From contig NC_043014.1 of NCBI RefSeq assembly GCF_006345805.1, positions 17,422,001 through 17,486,000 on the forward strand: a stretch of DNA of 64,000 nt, given 5' to 3'. Positions 39,701-54,700 of this stretch are shown here, one piece after another (within the stretch, counting starts at the first letter, position 1; every line of letters begins with the position of its first letter). The notes below the pieces were generated by a model. The model was not told the DNA's origin. It searched no databases and saw nothing but the letters and a program-made list of their open reading frames with translations. A program made the position numbers and the translations under genes. Origin of the DNA: Octopus sinensis. Its lineage: Eukaryota.

Positions 39701-42700
39701 GCCAATGGGAAAGATTCCGAGTCTGCTGAACAACGGGGACTCTGCAATACACAGTACGCTGCTGTTACTGCCAAAGCGAAAGATTCCGAGTCTGCTGAAC
39801 AACGGGGACTCTGCAATACACAGTACGCTGCTGTTACTGCCAATGCGAAAGATTCCGAGTCTGCTGAACAACGGGGACTCTGCAATACACAGTACGCTGC
39901 TGTTACTGCCAATGAGAAAGATTCCGAGTCTGCTGAACAACGGGGACTCTGCAATACACAGTACGCTGCTGTTACTGCCAAAGTGAAAGATTCCGAGTCT
40001 GCTGAACAACGGGGACTCTGCAATACACAGTACGCTGCTGTTACTGCCAATTGAAAGATTCCGAGTCTGCTGAACAACGGGACTCTGCAATACACAGTAC
40101 GCTGCTGTTACTGCCAATTGAAAGATTCCGAGTCTGCTGAACAACGGGGACTCTGCAATACACAGTACGCTGCTGTTACTGCCAAATTGAAAGATTCCGA
40201 GTCTGCTGAACAACGGGGACTCTGCAATACACAGTACGCTGCTGTTACTGCCAACTGAAAGATTCCGAGTCTGCTGAACAACGGGGACTCTGCAATACAC
40301 AGTACGCTGCTGTTACTGCCAAAGCAAAAGATTCCGAGTCTGCTGAACAACGGGGACTCTACAATACACAGTACGCTGCTGTTACTGCCAACTTGAAAGA
40401 TTCCGAGTCTGCTGAACAACGGGGACTCTACAATACACAGTACGCTGCTGTTACTGCCAACTTGAAAGATTCCGAGTCTGCTGAACAACGGGGACTCTAC
40501 AATACACAGTACGCTGCTGTTACTGCCAACTTGAAAGATTCCGAGTCTGCTGAACAACGGGGACTCTACAATACACAGTACGCTGCTGTTACTGCCAATG
40601 AAAGATTCCGAGTCTGCTGAACAACGGGGACTCTGCAATACACAGTACGCTGCTGTTACTGCCAAAGTAAAAGATTCCGAGTCTGCTGAACAACGGGGAC
40701 TCTGCAATACACAGTACGCTGCTGTTACTGCCAAAGTGAAAGATTCCGAGTCTGCTGAACAACGGGGACTCTGCAATACACAGTACGCTGCTGTTACTGC
40801 CAAATTGAAAGATTCCGAGTCTGCTGAACAACGGGGACTCTGCAATACACAGTACGCTGCTGTTACTGCCAAATTGAAAGATTCCGAGTCTGCTGAACAA
40901 CGGGGACTCTGCAATACACAGTACGCTGCTGTTACTGCCAATGGGAAAGATTCCGAGTCTGCTGAACAACGGGGACTCTGCAATACACAGTACGCTGCTG
41001 TTACTGCCAAAGAAAGATTCCGAGTCTGCTGAACAACGGGGACTCTGCAATACACAGTACGCTGCTGTTACTGCCAAAGAAAGATTCCGAGTCTGCTGAA
41101 CAACGGGGACTCTGCAATACACAGTACGCTGCTGTTACTGCCAAAGCAAAGATTCCGAGTCTGCTGAACAACGGGGACTCTGCAATACACAGTACGCTGC
41201 TGTTACTGCCAAAGCAAAGATTCCGAGTCTGCTGAACAACGGGGACTCTGCAATACACAGTACGCTGCTGTTACTGCCAATGGAAAGATTCCGAGTCTGC
41301 TGAACAACGGGGACTCTGCAATACACAGTACGCTGCTGTTACTGCCAATGGGAAAGATTCCGAGTCTGCTGAACAACGGGGACTCTGCAATACACAGTAC
41401 GCTGCTGTTACTGCCAATGGGAAAGATTCCGAGTCTGCTGAACAACGGGGACTCTGCAATACACAGTACGCTGCTGTTACTGCCAATGGGAAAGATTCCG
41501 AGTCTGCTGAACTACGGGGACTCTGAAATACACAGTACGCTGCTGTTACTGCCAATGGGAAAGATTCCGTGTCTGCTGAACAACGGGGACTCTGCAATAC
41601 ACAGTACGCTGCTGTTACTGCCAAAGCGAAAGATTCCGAGTCTGCTGAACAAAGGGGACTCTGCAATACACAGTACGCTGCTGTTACTGCCAATGCGAAT
41701 CTTTCCGAGTCTGCTGAACAACGGGGACTCTGCAATACACAGTACGCTGCTGTTACTACCAAATTGAAAGATTCCGAGTCTGCTAAAAACAACGGGGACA
41801 CTGCATTACACAGTACGCTGCTGTTACTGCCAATGCGAAAGATTCCGAGTTTGCTGAACAATGGGGACTCTGCAATACACAGTACGCTGCTGTTACTGCC
41901 AACTTGAAAGATTCCGAGTCTGCTGAATGACGGGGACTCTGCAATACACAGTACGCTGCTGTTACTGCCAAAGTGAAAGATTCCGAGTCTGCTGAATGAC
42001 GGGGACTCTGCAATACACAGTACGCTGCTGTTACTGCCAAATTGAAAGATTCCGAGTTTTCTGAACAACGGCGACTCTGCAATACACAGTACGGTGCTGT
42101 TACTGCCAACTTGAAAGATTCCGAGTCTGCTGAACAACGGCGACTCTGCAATACACAGTACGCTGCTGTTACTGCCAAATTGAAAGATTCCGAGTCTGCT
42201 AAACAACGGCGACTCTGCAATACACAGTACGCTGCAGTTACTGCCAAATTGAAAGATTCAGAGTCTGCTGAACAACGGGGACTCTGCAATACACAGTACG
42301 CTGCTGTTACTGCCAAGCAAAAGATTCCGAGTCTGCTGAACAACGGGGACTCTGCAATACACAGTACGCTGCTGTTACTGCCAACTTGAAAGATTCCGAG
42401 TCTGCTGAACAACGGGGACTCTGCAATACACAGTACGCTGCTGTTACTGCCAATTGAAAGATTCCGAGTCTGCTGAACAACGGGGACTCTACAATACACA
42501 GTACGCTGCTGTTACTGCCAACTTGAAAGATTCCGAGTCTGCTGAACAACGGGGACTCTGCAATACACAGTACGCTGCTGTTACTGCCAAAGTAAAAGAT
42601 TCCGAGTCTGCTGAACAACGGGGACTCTGCAATACACAGTACGCTGCTGTTACTGCCAACTTGAAAGATTCCGAGTCTGCTGAACAACGGGGACTCTGCA

Positions 42701-45700
42701 ATACACAGTACGCTGCTGATACTGCCAAAGTAAAAGATTCCGAGGCTGCTTAACAACGGGGACTCTACAATACACAGTACGCTGCTGTTACTGCCAAATT
42801 GAAAGATTCCGAGTCTGCTGAACAACGGGGACTCTGCAATACACAGTACGCTGCTGTTACTGCCAATGGGAAAGATTCCGTTTCTGCTGAACAACGGGGA
42901 CTCTGCAATAAAAAGTACGCTGCTGTTACTGCCAAATTGAAAGATTCCGAGTCTGCTGAACAACGGGGACTCTGCAATACACAGTACGCTGCTGTTACTG
43001 CCAAATTGAAAGATTCCGAGTCTGCTGAACAACGGGGACTCTGCAATACACAGTACGCTGCTGTTACTGCCAATAGGAAAGATTCCGTTTCTGCTGAACA
43101 GCGGGGACTCTGCAATACACAGTACGCTGCTGTTACTGCCAATGGGAAAGATTCCGAGTCTGCTGAACAACGGGGACTCTGCAATACACAGTACGCTGCT
43201 GTTACTGCCAATGGGAAAGATTCCGAGTCTGCTGAACAACGGGGACTCTGCAATACACAGTACGCTGCTGTTACTGCAAAGTAAAAGATTCCGAGTCTGC
43301 TGAACAACGGGGACTCTGCAATACACAGTACGCTGCTGTTACTGCCAATTGAAAGATTCCGAGTCTGCTGAACAACGGGGACTCTGCAATACACAGTACG
43401 CTGCTGTTACTGCCAAGTGAAAGATTCCGAGTCTGCTGAACAACGGGGACTCTGCAATACACAGTACGCTGCTGTTACTGCCAATGAAAGATTCCGAGTC
43501 TGCTGAACAACGGGGACTCTGCAATACACAGTACGCTGCTGTTACTGCCAAAGAAAGATTCCGAGTCTGCTGAACAACGGGGACTCTGCAATACACAGTA
43601 CGCTGCTGTTACTGCCAAGGAAAGATTCCGAGTCTGCTGAACAACGGGGACTCTGCAATACACAGTACGCTGCTGTTACTGCCAATGGGAAAGATTCCGA
43701 GTCTGCTGAACAACGGGGACTCTGCAATACACAGTACGCTGCTGTTACTGCCAAAGTGAAAGATTCCGAGTCTGCTGAACAACGGGGACTCTGCAATACA
43801 CAGTACGCTGCTGTTACTGCCAATGAAAGATTCCGAGTCTGCTGAACAACGGGGACTCTGCAATACACAGTACGCTGCTGTTACTGCCAATTGAAAGATT
43901 CCGAGTCTGCTGAACAACGGGGACTCTGCAATACACAGTACGCTGCTGTTACTGCCAACTTGAAAGATTCCGAGTCTGCTGAACAACGGGGACTCTGCAA
44001 TACACAGTACGCTGCTGTTACTGCCAATTGAAAGATTCCGAGTCTGCTGAACAACGGGGACTCTGCAATACACAGTACGCTGCTGTTACTGCCAACTTGA
44101 AAGATTCCGAGTCTGCTGAACAACGGGGACTCTGCAATACACAGTACGCTGCTGTTACTGCCAAAGGAAAGATTCCGAGTCTGCTGAACAACGGGGACTC
44201 TGCAATACACAGTACGCTGCTGTTACTGCCAAAGTGAAAGATTCCGAGTCTGCTGAACAACGGGGACTCTGCAATACACAGTACGCTGCTGTTACTGCCA
44301 ATTGAAAGATTCCGAGTCTGCTGAACAACGGGGACTCTGCAATACACAGTACGCTGCTGTTACTGCCAATGAAAGATTCCGAGTCTGCTGAACAACGGGG
44401 ACTCTGCAATACACAGTACGCTGCTGTTACTGCCAAAGAGAAAGATTCCGAGTCTGCTGAACAACGGGGACTCTGCAATACACAGTACGCTGCTGTTACT
44501 GCCAAAGCGAAAGATTCCGAGTCTGCTGAACAACGGGGACTCTGCAATACACAGTACGCTGCTGTTACTGCCAAAGCAAAGATTCCGAGTCTGCTGAACA
44601 ACGGGGACTCTGCAATACACAGTACGCTGCTGTTACTGCCAATGGGAAAGATTCCGAGTCTGCTGAACAACGGGGACTCTGCAATACACAGTACGCTGCT
44701 GTTACTGCCAATGGGAAAGATTCCGAGTCTGCTGAACAACGGGGACTCTGCAATACACAGTACGCTGCTGTTACTGCCAATGGGAAAGATTCCGAGTCTG
44801 CTGAACAACGGGGACTCTGCAATACACAGTACGCTGCTGTTACTGCCAATGGGAAAGATTCCGAGTCTGCTGAACAACGGGGACTCTGCAATACACAGTA
44901 CGCTGCTGTTACTGCCAATGGGAAAGATTCCGAGTCTGCTGAACAACGGGGACTCTGCAATACACAGTACGCTGCTGTTACTGCCAAAGGAAAGATTCCG
45001 AGTCTGCTGAACAACGGGGACTCTGCAATACACAGTACGCTGCTGTTACTGCCAATGCGAAAGATTCCGAGTCTGCTGAACAACGGGGACTCTGCAATAC
45101 ACAGTACGCTGCTGTTACTGCCAAATTGAAAGATTCCGAGTCTGCTGAACAACGGGGACTCTGCAATACACAGTACGCTGCTGTTACTGCCAATGCGAAA
45201 GATTCCGAGTCTGCTGAACAACGGGGACTCTGCAATACACAGTACGCTGCTGTTACTGCCAATTGAAAGATTCCGAGTCTGCTGAACAACGGGGACTCTG
45301 CAATACACAGTACGCTGCTGTTACTGCCAAATTGAAAGATTCCGAGTCTGCTGAACAACGGGGACTCTGCAATACACAGTACGCTGCTGTTACTGCCAAT
45401 GGAAAGATTCCGAGTCTGCTGAACAACGGGGACTCTGCAATACACAGTACGCTGCTGTTACTGCCAAATTGAAAGATTCCGAGTCTGCTGAACAACGGGG
45501 ACTCTGCAATACACAGTACGCTGCTGTTACTGCCAAATTGAAAGATTCCGAGTCTGCTGAACAACGGGGACTCTGCAATACACAGTACGCTGCTGTTACT
45601 GCCAAAGCAAAAGATTCCGAGTCTGCTGAACAACGGGGACTCTGCAATACACAGTACGCTGCTGTTACTGCCAATTGAAAGATTCCGAGTCTGCTGAACA

Positions 45701-48700
45701 ACGGGGACTCTGCAATACACAGTACGCTGCTGTTACTGCCAATTGAAAGATTCCGAGTCTGCTGAACAACGGGGACTCTGCAATACACAGTACGCTGCTG
45801 TTACTGCCAATGAAAGATTCCGAGTCTGCTGAACAACGGGGACTCTACAATACACAGTACGCTGCTGTTACTGCCAAAGTGAAAGATTCCGAGTCTGCTG
45901 AACAACGGGGACTCTGCAATACACAGTACGCAGCTGTTACTGCCAACTGGAAAGATTCCGAGTCTGCTGAACAACGGGGACTCTGCAATACACAGTACGC
46001 TGCTGTTACTGCCAAAGTGAAAGATTCCGAGTCTGCTGAACAACGGGGACTCTGCAATACACAGTACGCTGCTGTTACTGCCAAATGAAAGATTCCGAGT
46101 CTGCTGAACAACGGGGACTCTGCAATACACAGTACGCTGCTGTTACTGCCAATGGGAAAGATTCCGAGTCTGCTGATCAACGGGGACTCTACAATACACA
46201 GTACGCTGCTGTTACTGCCAAATTGAAAGATTCCGAGTCTGCTGAACAACGGGGACTCTGCAATACACAGTACGCTGCTGTTACTGCCAAATTGAAAGAT
46301 TCCGAGTCTGCTGAACAACGGGGACTCTGCAATACACAGTACGCTGCTGTTACTGCCAATAGGAAAGATTCCGTTTCTGCTGAACAGCGGGGACTCTGCA
46401 ATACACAGTACGCTGCTGTTACTGCCAATGGGAAAGATTCCGAGTCTGCTGAACAACGGGGACTCTGCAATACACAGTACGCTGCTGTTACTGCCAATGG
46501 GAATGATTCCGATTCTGCTGAACAACGGGGACTCTTTAATTCACAGTACGCTGCTGTTACTGCAAAAGTAAAAGATTCCGAGTCTGCTGAACAATGGGGA
46601 CTCTACAATACACAGTACGCTGCTGTTACTGCCAATGGTAAAGATTCCGAGTCTGCTGAACAACGGGGACTCTGCAATACACAGTACGCTGCTGTTACTG
46701 CCAAAGTGAAAGATTCCGAGTCTGCTGAACAACGGGGACTCTGCAATACACAGTACGCTGCTGTTACTGCCAAATTGAAAGATTCCGAGTCTGCTGAACA
46801 ACGGGGACTCTGCAACACACAGTACGCTGCTGTTACTGCCAAAGTAAAAGATTCAGAGTCTGCTGAACAACGGGGACTCTGCAATACACAGTACGCTGCT
46901 GTTACTGCCAATAGGAAAGGTTCTGAGTCTGCTGAACAACGGGGACTCTGCAATACACAGTACGCTGCTGTTACTGCCAATGGGAAAGATTCCGAGTCTG
47001 CTGAACAACGGGGACTCTGCAATACACAGTACGCTGCTGTTACTGCCAAAGTGAAAGATTCCGAGTCTGCTGAACAACGGGGACTCTGCAATACACAGTA
47101 CGCTGCTGTTACTGCCAAATTGAAAGATTCCGAGTCTGCTGAACAACGGGGACTCTGCAATACACAGTACGCTGCTGTTACTGCCAATTGAAAGATTCCG
47201 AGTCTGCTGAACAACGGGACTCTGCAATACACAGTACGCTGCTGTTACTGCCAATGAAAGATTCCGAGTCTGCTGAACAACGGGGACTCTGCAATACACA
47301 GTACGCTGCTGTTACTGCCAACTTGAAAGATTCCGAGTCTGCTGAACAACGGGGACTCTGCAATACACAGTACGCTGCTGTTACTGCCAATGAAAGATTC
47401 CGAGTCTGCTGAACAACGGGGACTCTGCAATACACAGTACGCTGCTGTTACTGCCAAATAAAGATTCCGAGTCTGCTGAACAACGGGGACTCTGCAATAC
47501 ACAGTACGCTGCTGTTACTGCCAAAGTGAAAGATTCCGAGTCTGCTGAACAACGGGGACTCTGCAATACACAGTACGCTGCTGTTACTGCCAAATTGAAA
47601 GATTCCGAGTCTGCTGAACAACGGGGACTCTGCAATACACAGTACGCTGCTGTTACTGCCAAAGAAAAGATTCCGAGTCTGCTGAACAACGGGGACTCTG
47701 CAATACACAGTACGCTGTTACTGCCAAAGCAGAAAGATTCCGAGTCTGCTGAACAACGGGGACTCTGCAATACACAGTACGCTGCTGTTACTGCCAAAGC
47801 AAAAGATTCCGAGTCTGCTGAACAACGGGGACTCTGCAATACACAGTACGCTGCTGTTACTGCCAAAGAGAAAGATTCCGAGTCTGCTGAACAACGGGGA
47901 CTCTGCAATACACAGTACGCTGCTGTTACTGCCAACTTGAAAGATTCCGAGTCTGCTGAACAACGGGGACTCTGCAATACACAGTACGCTGCTGTTACTG
48001 CCAAAGGAAAGATTCCGAGTCTGCTGAACAACGGGGACTCTGCAATACACAGTACGCTGCTGTTACTGCCAATGGGAAAGATTCCGAGTCTGCTGAACAA
48101 CGGGGACTCTGCAATACACAGTACGCTGCTGTTACTGCCAATGGGAAAGATTCCGAGTCTGCTGAACAACGGGGACTCTGCAATACACAGTACGCTGCTG
48201 TTACTGCCAATGGGAAAGATTCCGAGTCTGCTGAACAACGGGGACTCTGCAATACACAGTACGCTGCTGTTACTGCCAATGGGAAAGATTCCGAGTCTGC
48301 TGAACAACGGGACTCTGCAATACACAGTACGCTGCTGTTACTGCCAATGGGAAAGATTCCGAGTCTGCTGAACAACGGGGACTCTGCAATACACAGTACG
48401 CTGCTGTTACTGCCAAGGAAAGATTCCGAGTCTGCTGAACAACGGGGACTCTGCAATACACAGTACGCTGCTGTTACTGCCAAAGGAAAGATTCCGAGTC
48501 TGCTGAACAACGGGGACTCTGCAATACACAGTACGCTGCTGTTACTGCCAATTGAAAGATTCCGAGTCTGCTGAACAACGGGGACTCTGCAATACACAGT
48601 ACGCTGCTGTTACTGCCAATTGGAAAGATTCCGAGTCTGCTGAACAACGGGGACTCTGCAATACACAGTACGCTGCTGTTACTGCCAATTGAAAGATTCC

Positions 48701-51700
48701 GAGTCTGCTGAACAACGGGGACTCTGCAATACACAGTACGCTGCTGTTACTGCCAAGAAAGATTCCGAGTCTGCTGAACAACGGGGACTCTGCAATACAC
48801 AGTACGCTGCTGTTACTGCCAACTTGAAAGATTCCGAGTCTGCTGAACAACGGGGACTCTGCAATACACAGTACGCTGCTGTTACTGCCAAAGGAAAGAT
48901 TCCGAGTCTGCTGAACAACGGGGACTCTGCAATACACAGTACGCTGCTGTTACTGCCAAATGAAAAGATTCCGAGTCTGCTGAACAACGGGGACTCTGCA
49001 ATACACAGTACGCTGCTGTTACTGCCAATGGGAAAGATTCCGAGTCTGCTGAACAACGGGGACTCTGCAATACACAGTACGCTGCTGTTACTGCCAATTG
49101 AAAGATTCCGAGTCTGCTGAACAACGGGGACTCTGCAATACACAGTACGCTGCTGTTACTGCCAATGAAAGATTCCGAGTCTGCTGAACAACGGGGACTC
49201 TGCAATACACAGTACGCTGCTGTTACTGCCAATAGGAAAGATTCCGAGTCTGCTGAACAACGGGGACTCTGCAATACACAGTACGCTGCTGTTACTGCCA
49301 ATGGGAAAGATTCCGAGTCTGCTGAACAACGGGGACTCTGCAATACACAGTACGCTGCTGTTACTGCCAATGGAAAGATTCCGAGTCTGCTGAACAACGG
49401 GGACTCTGCAATACACAGTACGCTGCTGTTACTGCCAAGGGAAAGATTCCGAGTCTGCTGAACAACGGGGACTCTGCAATACACAGTACGCTGCTGTTAC
49501 TGCCAATGGAAAGATTCCGAGTCTGCTGAACAACGGGGACTCTGCAATACACAGTACGCTGCTGTTACTGCCAAAGTGAAAGATTCCGAGTCTGCTGAAC
49601 AACGGGGACTCTGCAATACACAGTACGCTGCTGTTACTGCCAAATGAAAGATTCCGAGTCTGCTGAACAACGGGGACTCTGCAATACACAGTACGCTGCT
49701 GTTACTGCCAAATGTGAAAGATTCCGAGTCTGCTGAACAACGGGGACTCTGCAATACACAGTACGCTGCTGTTACTGCCAAATTGAAAGATTCCGAGTCT
49801 GCTGAACAACGGGGACTCTGCAATACACAGTACGCTGCTGTTACTGCCAAGTGAAAGATTCCGAGTCTGCTGAACAACGGGGACTCTGCAATACACAGTA
49901 CGCTGCTGTTACTGCCAAAGTGAAAGATTCCGAGTCTGCTGAACAACGGGGACTCTGCAATACACAGTACGCTGCTGTTACTGCCAATGGAAAGATTCCG
50001 AGTCTGCTGAACAACGGGGACTCTGCAATACACAGTACGCTGCTGTTACTGCCAATGGGAAAGATTCCGAGTCTGCTGAACAACGGGGACTCTGCAATAC
50101 ACAGTACGCTGCTGTACTGCCAATGAAAGATTCCGAGTCTGCTGAACAACGGGGACTCTGCAATACACAGTACGCTGCTGTTACTGCCAAATTGAAAGAT
50201 TCCGAGTCTGCTGAACAACGGGGACTCTGCAATACACAGTACGCTGCTGTTACTGCCAATGGAAAGATTCCGAGTCTGCTGAACAACGGGGACTCTGCAA
50301 TACACAGTACGCTGCTGTTACTGCCAAAGGAAAGATTCCGAGTCTGCTGAACAACGGGGACTCTGCAATACACAGTACGCTGCTGTTACTGCCAATGGAA
50401 AGATTCCGAGTCTGCTGAACAACGGGGACTCTGCAATACACAGTACGCTGCTGTTACTGCCAAGGGAAAGATTCCGAGTCTGCTGAACAACGGGGACTCT
50501 GCAATACACAGTACGCTGCTGTTACTGCCAAAGAGAAAGATTCCGAGTCTGCTGAACAACGGGGACTCTGCAATACACAGTACGCTGCTGTTACTGCCAA
50601 TGGAAAGATTCCGAGTCTGCTGAACAACGGGGACTCTGCAATACACAGTACGCTGCTGTTACTGCCAAAGAAAGATTCCGAGTCTGCTGAACAACGGGGA
50701 CTCTGCAATACACAGTACGCTGCTGTTACTGCCAATGGGAAAGATTCCGAGTCTGCTGAACAACGGGGACTCTGCAATACACAGTACGTGCTGTTACTGC
50801 CAATGGGAAAGATTCCGAGTCTGCTGAACAACGGGGACTCTGCAATACACAGTACGCTGCTGTTACTGCCAATGGGAAAGATTCCGAGTCTGCTGAACAA
50901 CGGGGACTCTGCAATACACAGTACGCTGCTGTTACTGCCAATGGGAAAGATTCCGAGTCTGCTGAACAACGGGGACTCTGCAATACACAGTACGCTGCTG
51001 TTACTGCCAATGGGAAAGATTCCGAGTCTGCTGAACAACGGGGACTCTGCAATACACAGTACGCTGCTGTTACTGCCAATGGGAAAGATTCCGAGTCTGC
51101 TGAACAACGGGGACTCTGCAATACACAGTACGCTGCTGTTACTGCCAATGGAAAGATTCCGAGTCTGCTGAACAACGGGGACTCTGCAATACACAGTACG
51201 CTGCTGTTACTGCCAATGCAAAAGATTCCGAGTCTGCTGAACAACGGGGACTCTGCAATACACAGTACGCTGCTGTTACTGCCAATTGAAAGATTCCGAG
51301 TCTGCTGAACAACGGGGACTCTGCAATACACAGTACGCTGCTGTTACTGCCAATTGAAAGATTCGAGTCTGCTGAACAACGGGGACTCTGCAATACACAG
51401 TACGCTGCTGTTACTGCCAATTGAAAGATTCCGAGTCTGCTGAACAACGGGGACTCTGCAATACACAGTACGCTGCTGTTACTGCCAAAGAAAGATTCCG
51501 AGTCTGCTGAACAACGGGGACTCTGCAATACACAGTACGCTGCTGTTACTGCCAAATTGAAAGATTCCGAGTCTGCTGAACAACGGGGACTCTGCAATAC
51601 ACAGTACGCTGCTGTTACTGCCAAGTGAAAGATTCCGAGTCTGCTGAACAACGGGGACTCTGCAATACACAGTACGCTGCTGTTACTGCCAAATTGAAAG

Positions 51701-54700
51701 ATTCCGAGTCTGCTGAACAACGGGGACTCTGCAATACACAGTACGCTGCTGTTACTGCCAATGGGAAAGATTCCGAGTCTGCTGAACAACGGGGACTCTG
51801 CAATACACAGTACGCTGCTGTTACTGCCAATGAAAGATTCCGAGTCTGCTGAACAACGGGGACTCTGCAATACACAGTACGCTGCTGTTACTGCCAAATT
51901 GAAAGATTCCGAGTCTGCTGAACAACGGGGACTCTGCAATACACAGTACGCTGCTGTTACTGCCAATAGGAAAGATTCCGAGTCTGCTGAACAACGGGGA
52001 CTCTGCAATACACAGTACGCTGCTGTTACTGCCAAATGGGAAAGATTCCGAGTCTGCTGAACAACGGGACTCTGCAATACACAGTACGCTGCTGTTACTG
52101 CCAATGGAAAGATTCCGAGTCTGCTGAACAACGGGGACTCTGCAATACACAGTACGCTGCTGTTACTGCCAAAGGAAAGATTCCGAGTCTGCTGAACAAC
52201 GGGGACTCTGCAATACACAGTACGCTGCTGTTACTGCCAATGGAAAGATTCCGAGTCTGCTGAACAACGGGGACTCTGCAATACACAGTACGCTGCTGTT
52301 ACTGCCAAATGAAAGATTCCGAGTCTGCTGAACAACGGGGACTCTGCAATACACAGTACGCTGCTGTTACTGCCAATTGAAAGATTCCGAGTCTGCTGAA
52401 CAACGGGGACTCTGCAATACACAGTACGCTGCTGTTACTGCCAAAGGAAAGATTCCGAGTCTGCTGAACAACGGGGACTCTGCAATACACAGTACGCTGC
52501 TGTTACTGCCAAATTGAAAGATTCCGAGTCTGCTGAACAACGGGGACTCTGCAATACACAGTACGCTGCTGTTACTGCCAAAGTGAAAGATTCCGAGTCT
52601 GCTGAACAACGGGGACTCTGCAATACACAGTACGCTGCTGTTACTGCCAAAGGAAAGATTCCGAGTCTGCTGAACAACGGGGACTCTGCAATACACAGTA
52701 CGCTGCTGTTACTGCCAAAGGAAAGATTCCGAGTCTGCTGAACAACGGGGACTCTGCAATACACAGTACGCTGCTGTTACTGCCAATGGAAAGATTCCGA
52801 GTCTGCTGAACAACGGGGACTCTGCAATACACAGTACGCTGCTGTTACTGCCAAAGTGAAAGATTCCGAGTCTGCTGAACAACGGGGACTCTGCAATACA
52901 CATTACGCTGCTGTAACTGCCAAATTGAAAGATTCCGAGCCTGCTGAACAACGGGGACTCTGTAATACACAGTACGCAGCTGTCACTGCCAATGGGAAAG
53001 TTTCCGAGTCTGCTGAACAACGGGGAATCTGGAATACACAGTACGCTGCTGTTACTGCCAAAGAGAAAGATTCCGAGTCTGCTGAACAACAGGGACTCTG
53101 CAATACACAGTACGCTGCTGTTACTGCCAATGGGAAAGATTCCGAGTCTGCTAAACAACGGGGACTCTGCAAAACACAGAACGCTGCTGTTACTGCCAAG
53201 GTAAAAGATTCCGAGTCTGCTGAACAACAGGGACTCTGCAATACACAGTACGCTGCTGTTACTGCCAAAGTGAAAGATTCCGAGTCTGCTGAATAACGGA
53301 GACTCTGCAATACACAGTAAGATGCTGTTACTGCCAAAGTGAAAGATTCCGAGTCTGCTGCACAACGGGGAATCTGCAATAAACAGTACGTTGCTGTTAC
53401 TGCCAAAGGAAAGATTCCGAGTCTGCTGAACAACGGGGACTCTGCAATACACAGTACGCTGCTGTTACTGCCAATTGAAAGATTCCGAGTCTGCTGAACA
53501 ACGGGGACTCTGCAATACACAGTACGCTGCTGTTACTGCCAAATGAAAGATTCCGAGTCTGCTGAACAACGGGGACTCTGCAATACACAGTACGCTGCTG
53601 TTACTGCCAATTGAAAGATTCCGAGTCTGCTGAACAACGGGGACTCTGCAATACACAGTACGCTGCTGTTACTGCCAAAGTGAAAGATTCCGAGTCTGCT
53701 GAACAACGGGGACTCTGCAATACACAGTACGCTGCTGTTACTGCCAAATTGAAAGATTCCGAGTCTGCTGAACAACGGGGACTCTGCAATACACAGTACG
53801 CTGCTGTTACTGCCAAAGTGAAAGATTCCGAGTCTGCTGAACAACGGGGACTCTGCAATACACAGTACGCTGCTGTTACTGCCAAATTGAAAGATTCCGA
53901 GTCTGCTGAACAACGGGGACTCTGCAATACACAGTACGCTGCTGTTACTGCCAAAGTAAAAGATTCCGAGTCTGCTGAACAACGGGGACTCTGCAATACA
54001 CAGTACGCTGCTGTTACTGCCAATGGGAAAGGTTCTGAGTCTGCTGAACAACGGGGACTCTGCAATACACAGTACGCTGCTGTTACTGCCAAGGAAAGAT
54101 TCCGAGTCTGCTGAACAACGGGGACTCTGCAATACACAGTACGCTGCTGTTACTGCCAAACGAAAGATTCCGAGTCTGCTGAACAACGGGGACTCTGCAA
54201 TACACAGTACGCTGCTGTTACTGCCAAAACAAAAGATTCCGAGTCTGCTGAACAACGGGGACTCTGCAATACACAGTACGCTGCTGTTACTGCCAAAGTG
54301 AAAGATTCCGAGTCTGCTGAACAACGGGGACTCTGCAATACACAGTACGCTGCTGTTACTGCCAATGGGAAAGATTCCGAGTCTGCTGAACAACGGGGAC
54401 TCTACAATACACAGTACGCTGCTGTTACTGCCAAATTGAAAGATTCCGAGTCTGCTGAACAGCGGGGACTCTGCAATACACAGTACGCTGCTGTTACTGC
54501 CAAAGAAAGATTCCGAGTCTGCTGAACAACGGGGACTCTGCAATACACAGTACGCTGCTGTTACTGCCAAAGGGAAAGTTCCGAGTCTGCTGAACAACGG
54601 GGACTCTGCAATACACAGTACGCTGCTGTTACTGCCAATGGGAAAGATTCCGAGTCTGCTGAACAACGGGGACTCTGCAATACACAGTACGCTGCTGTTA

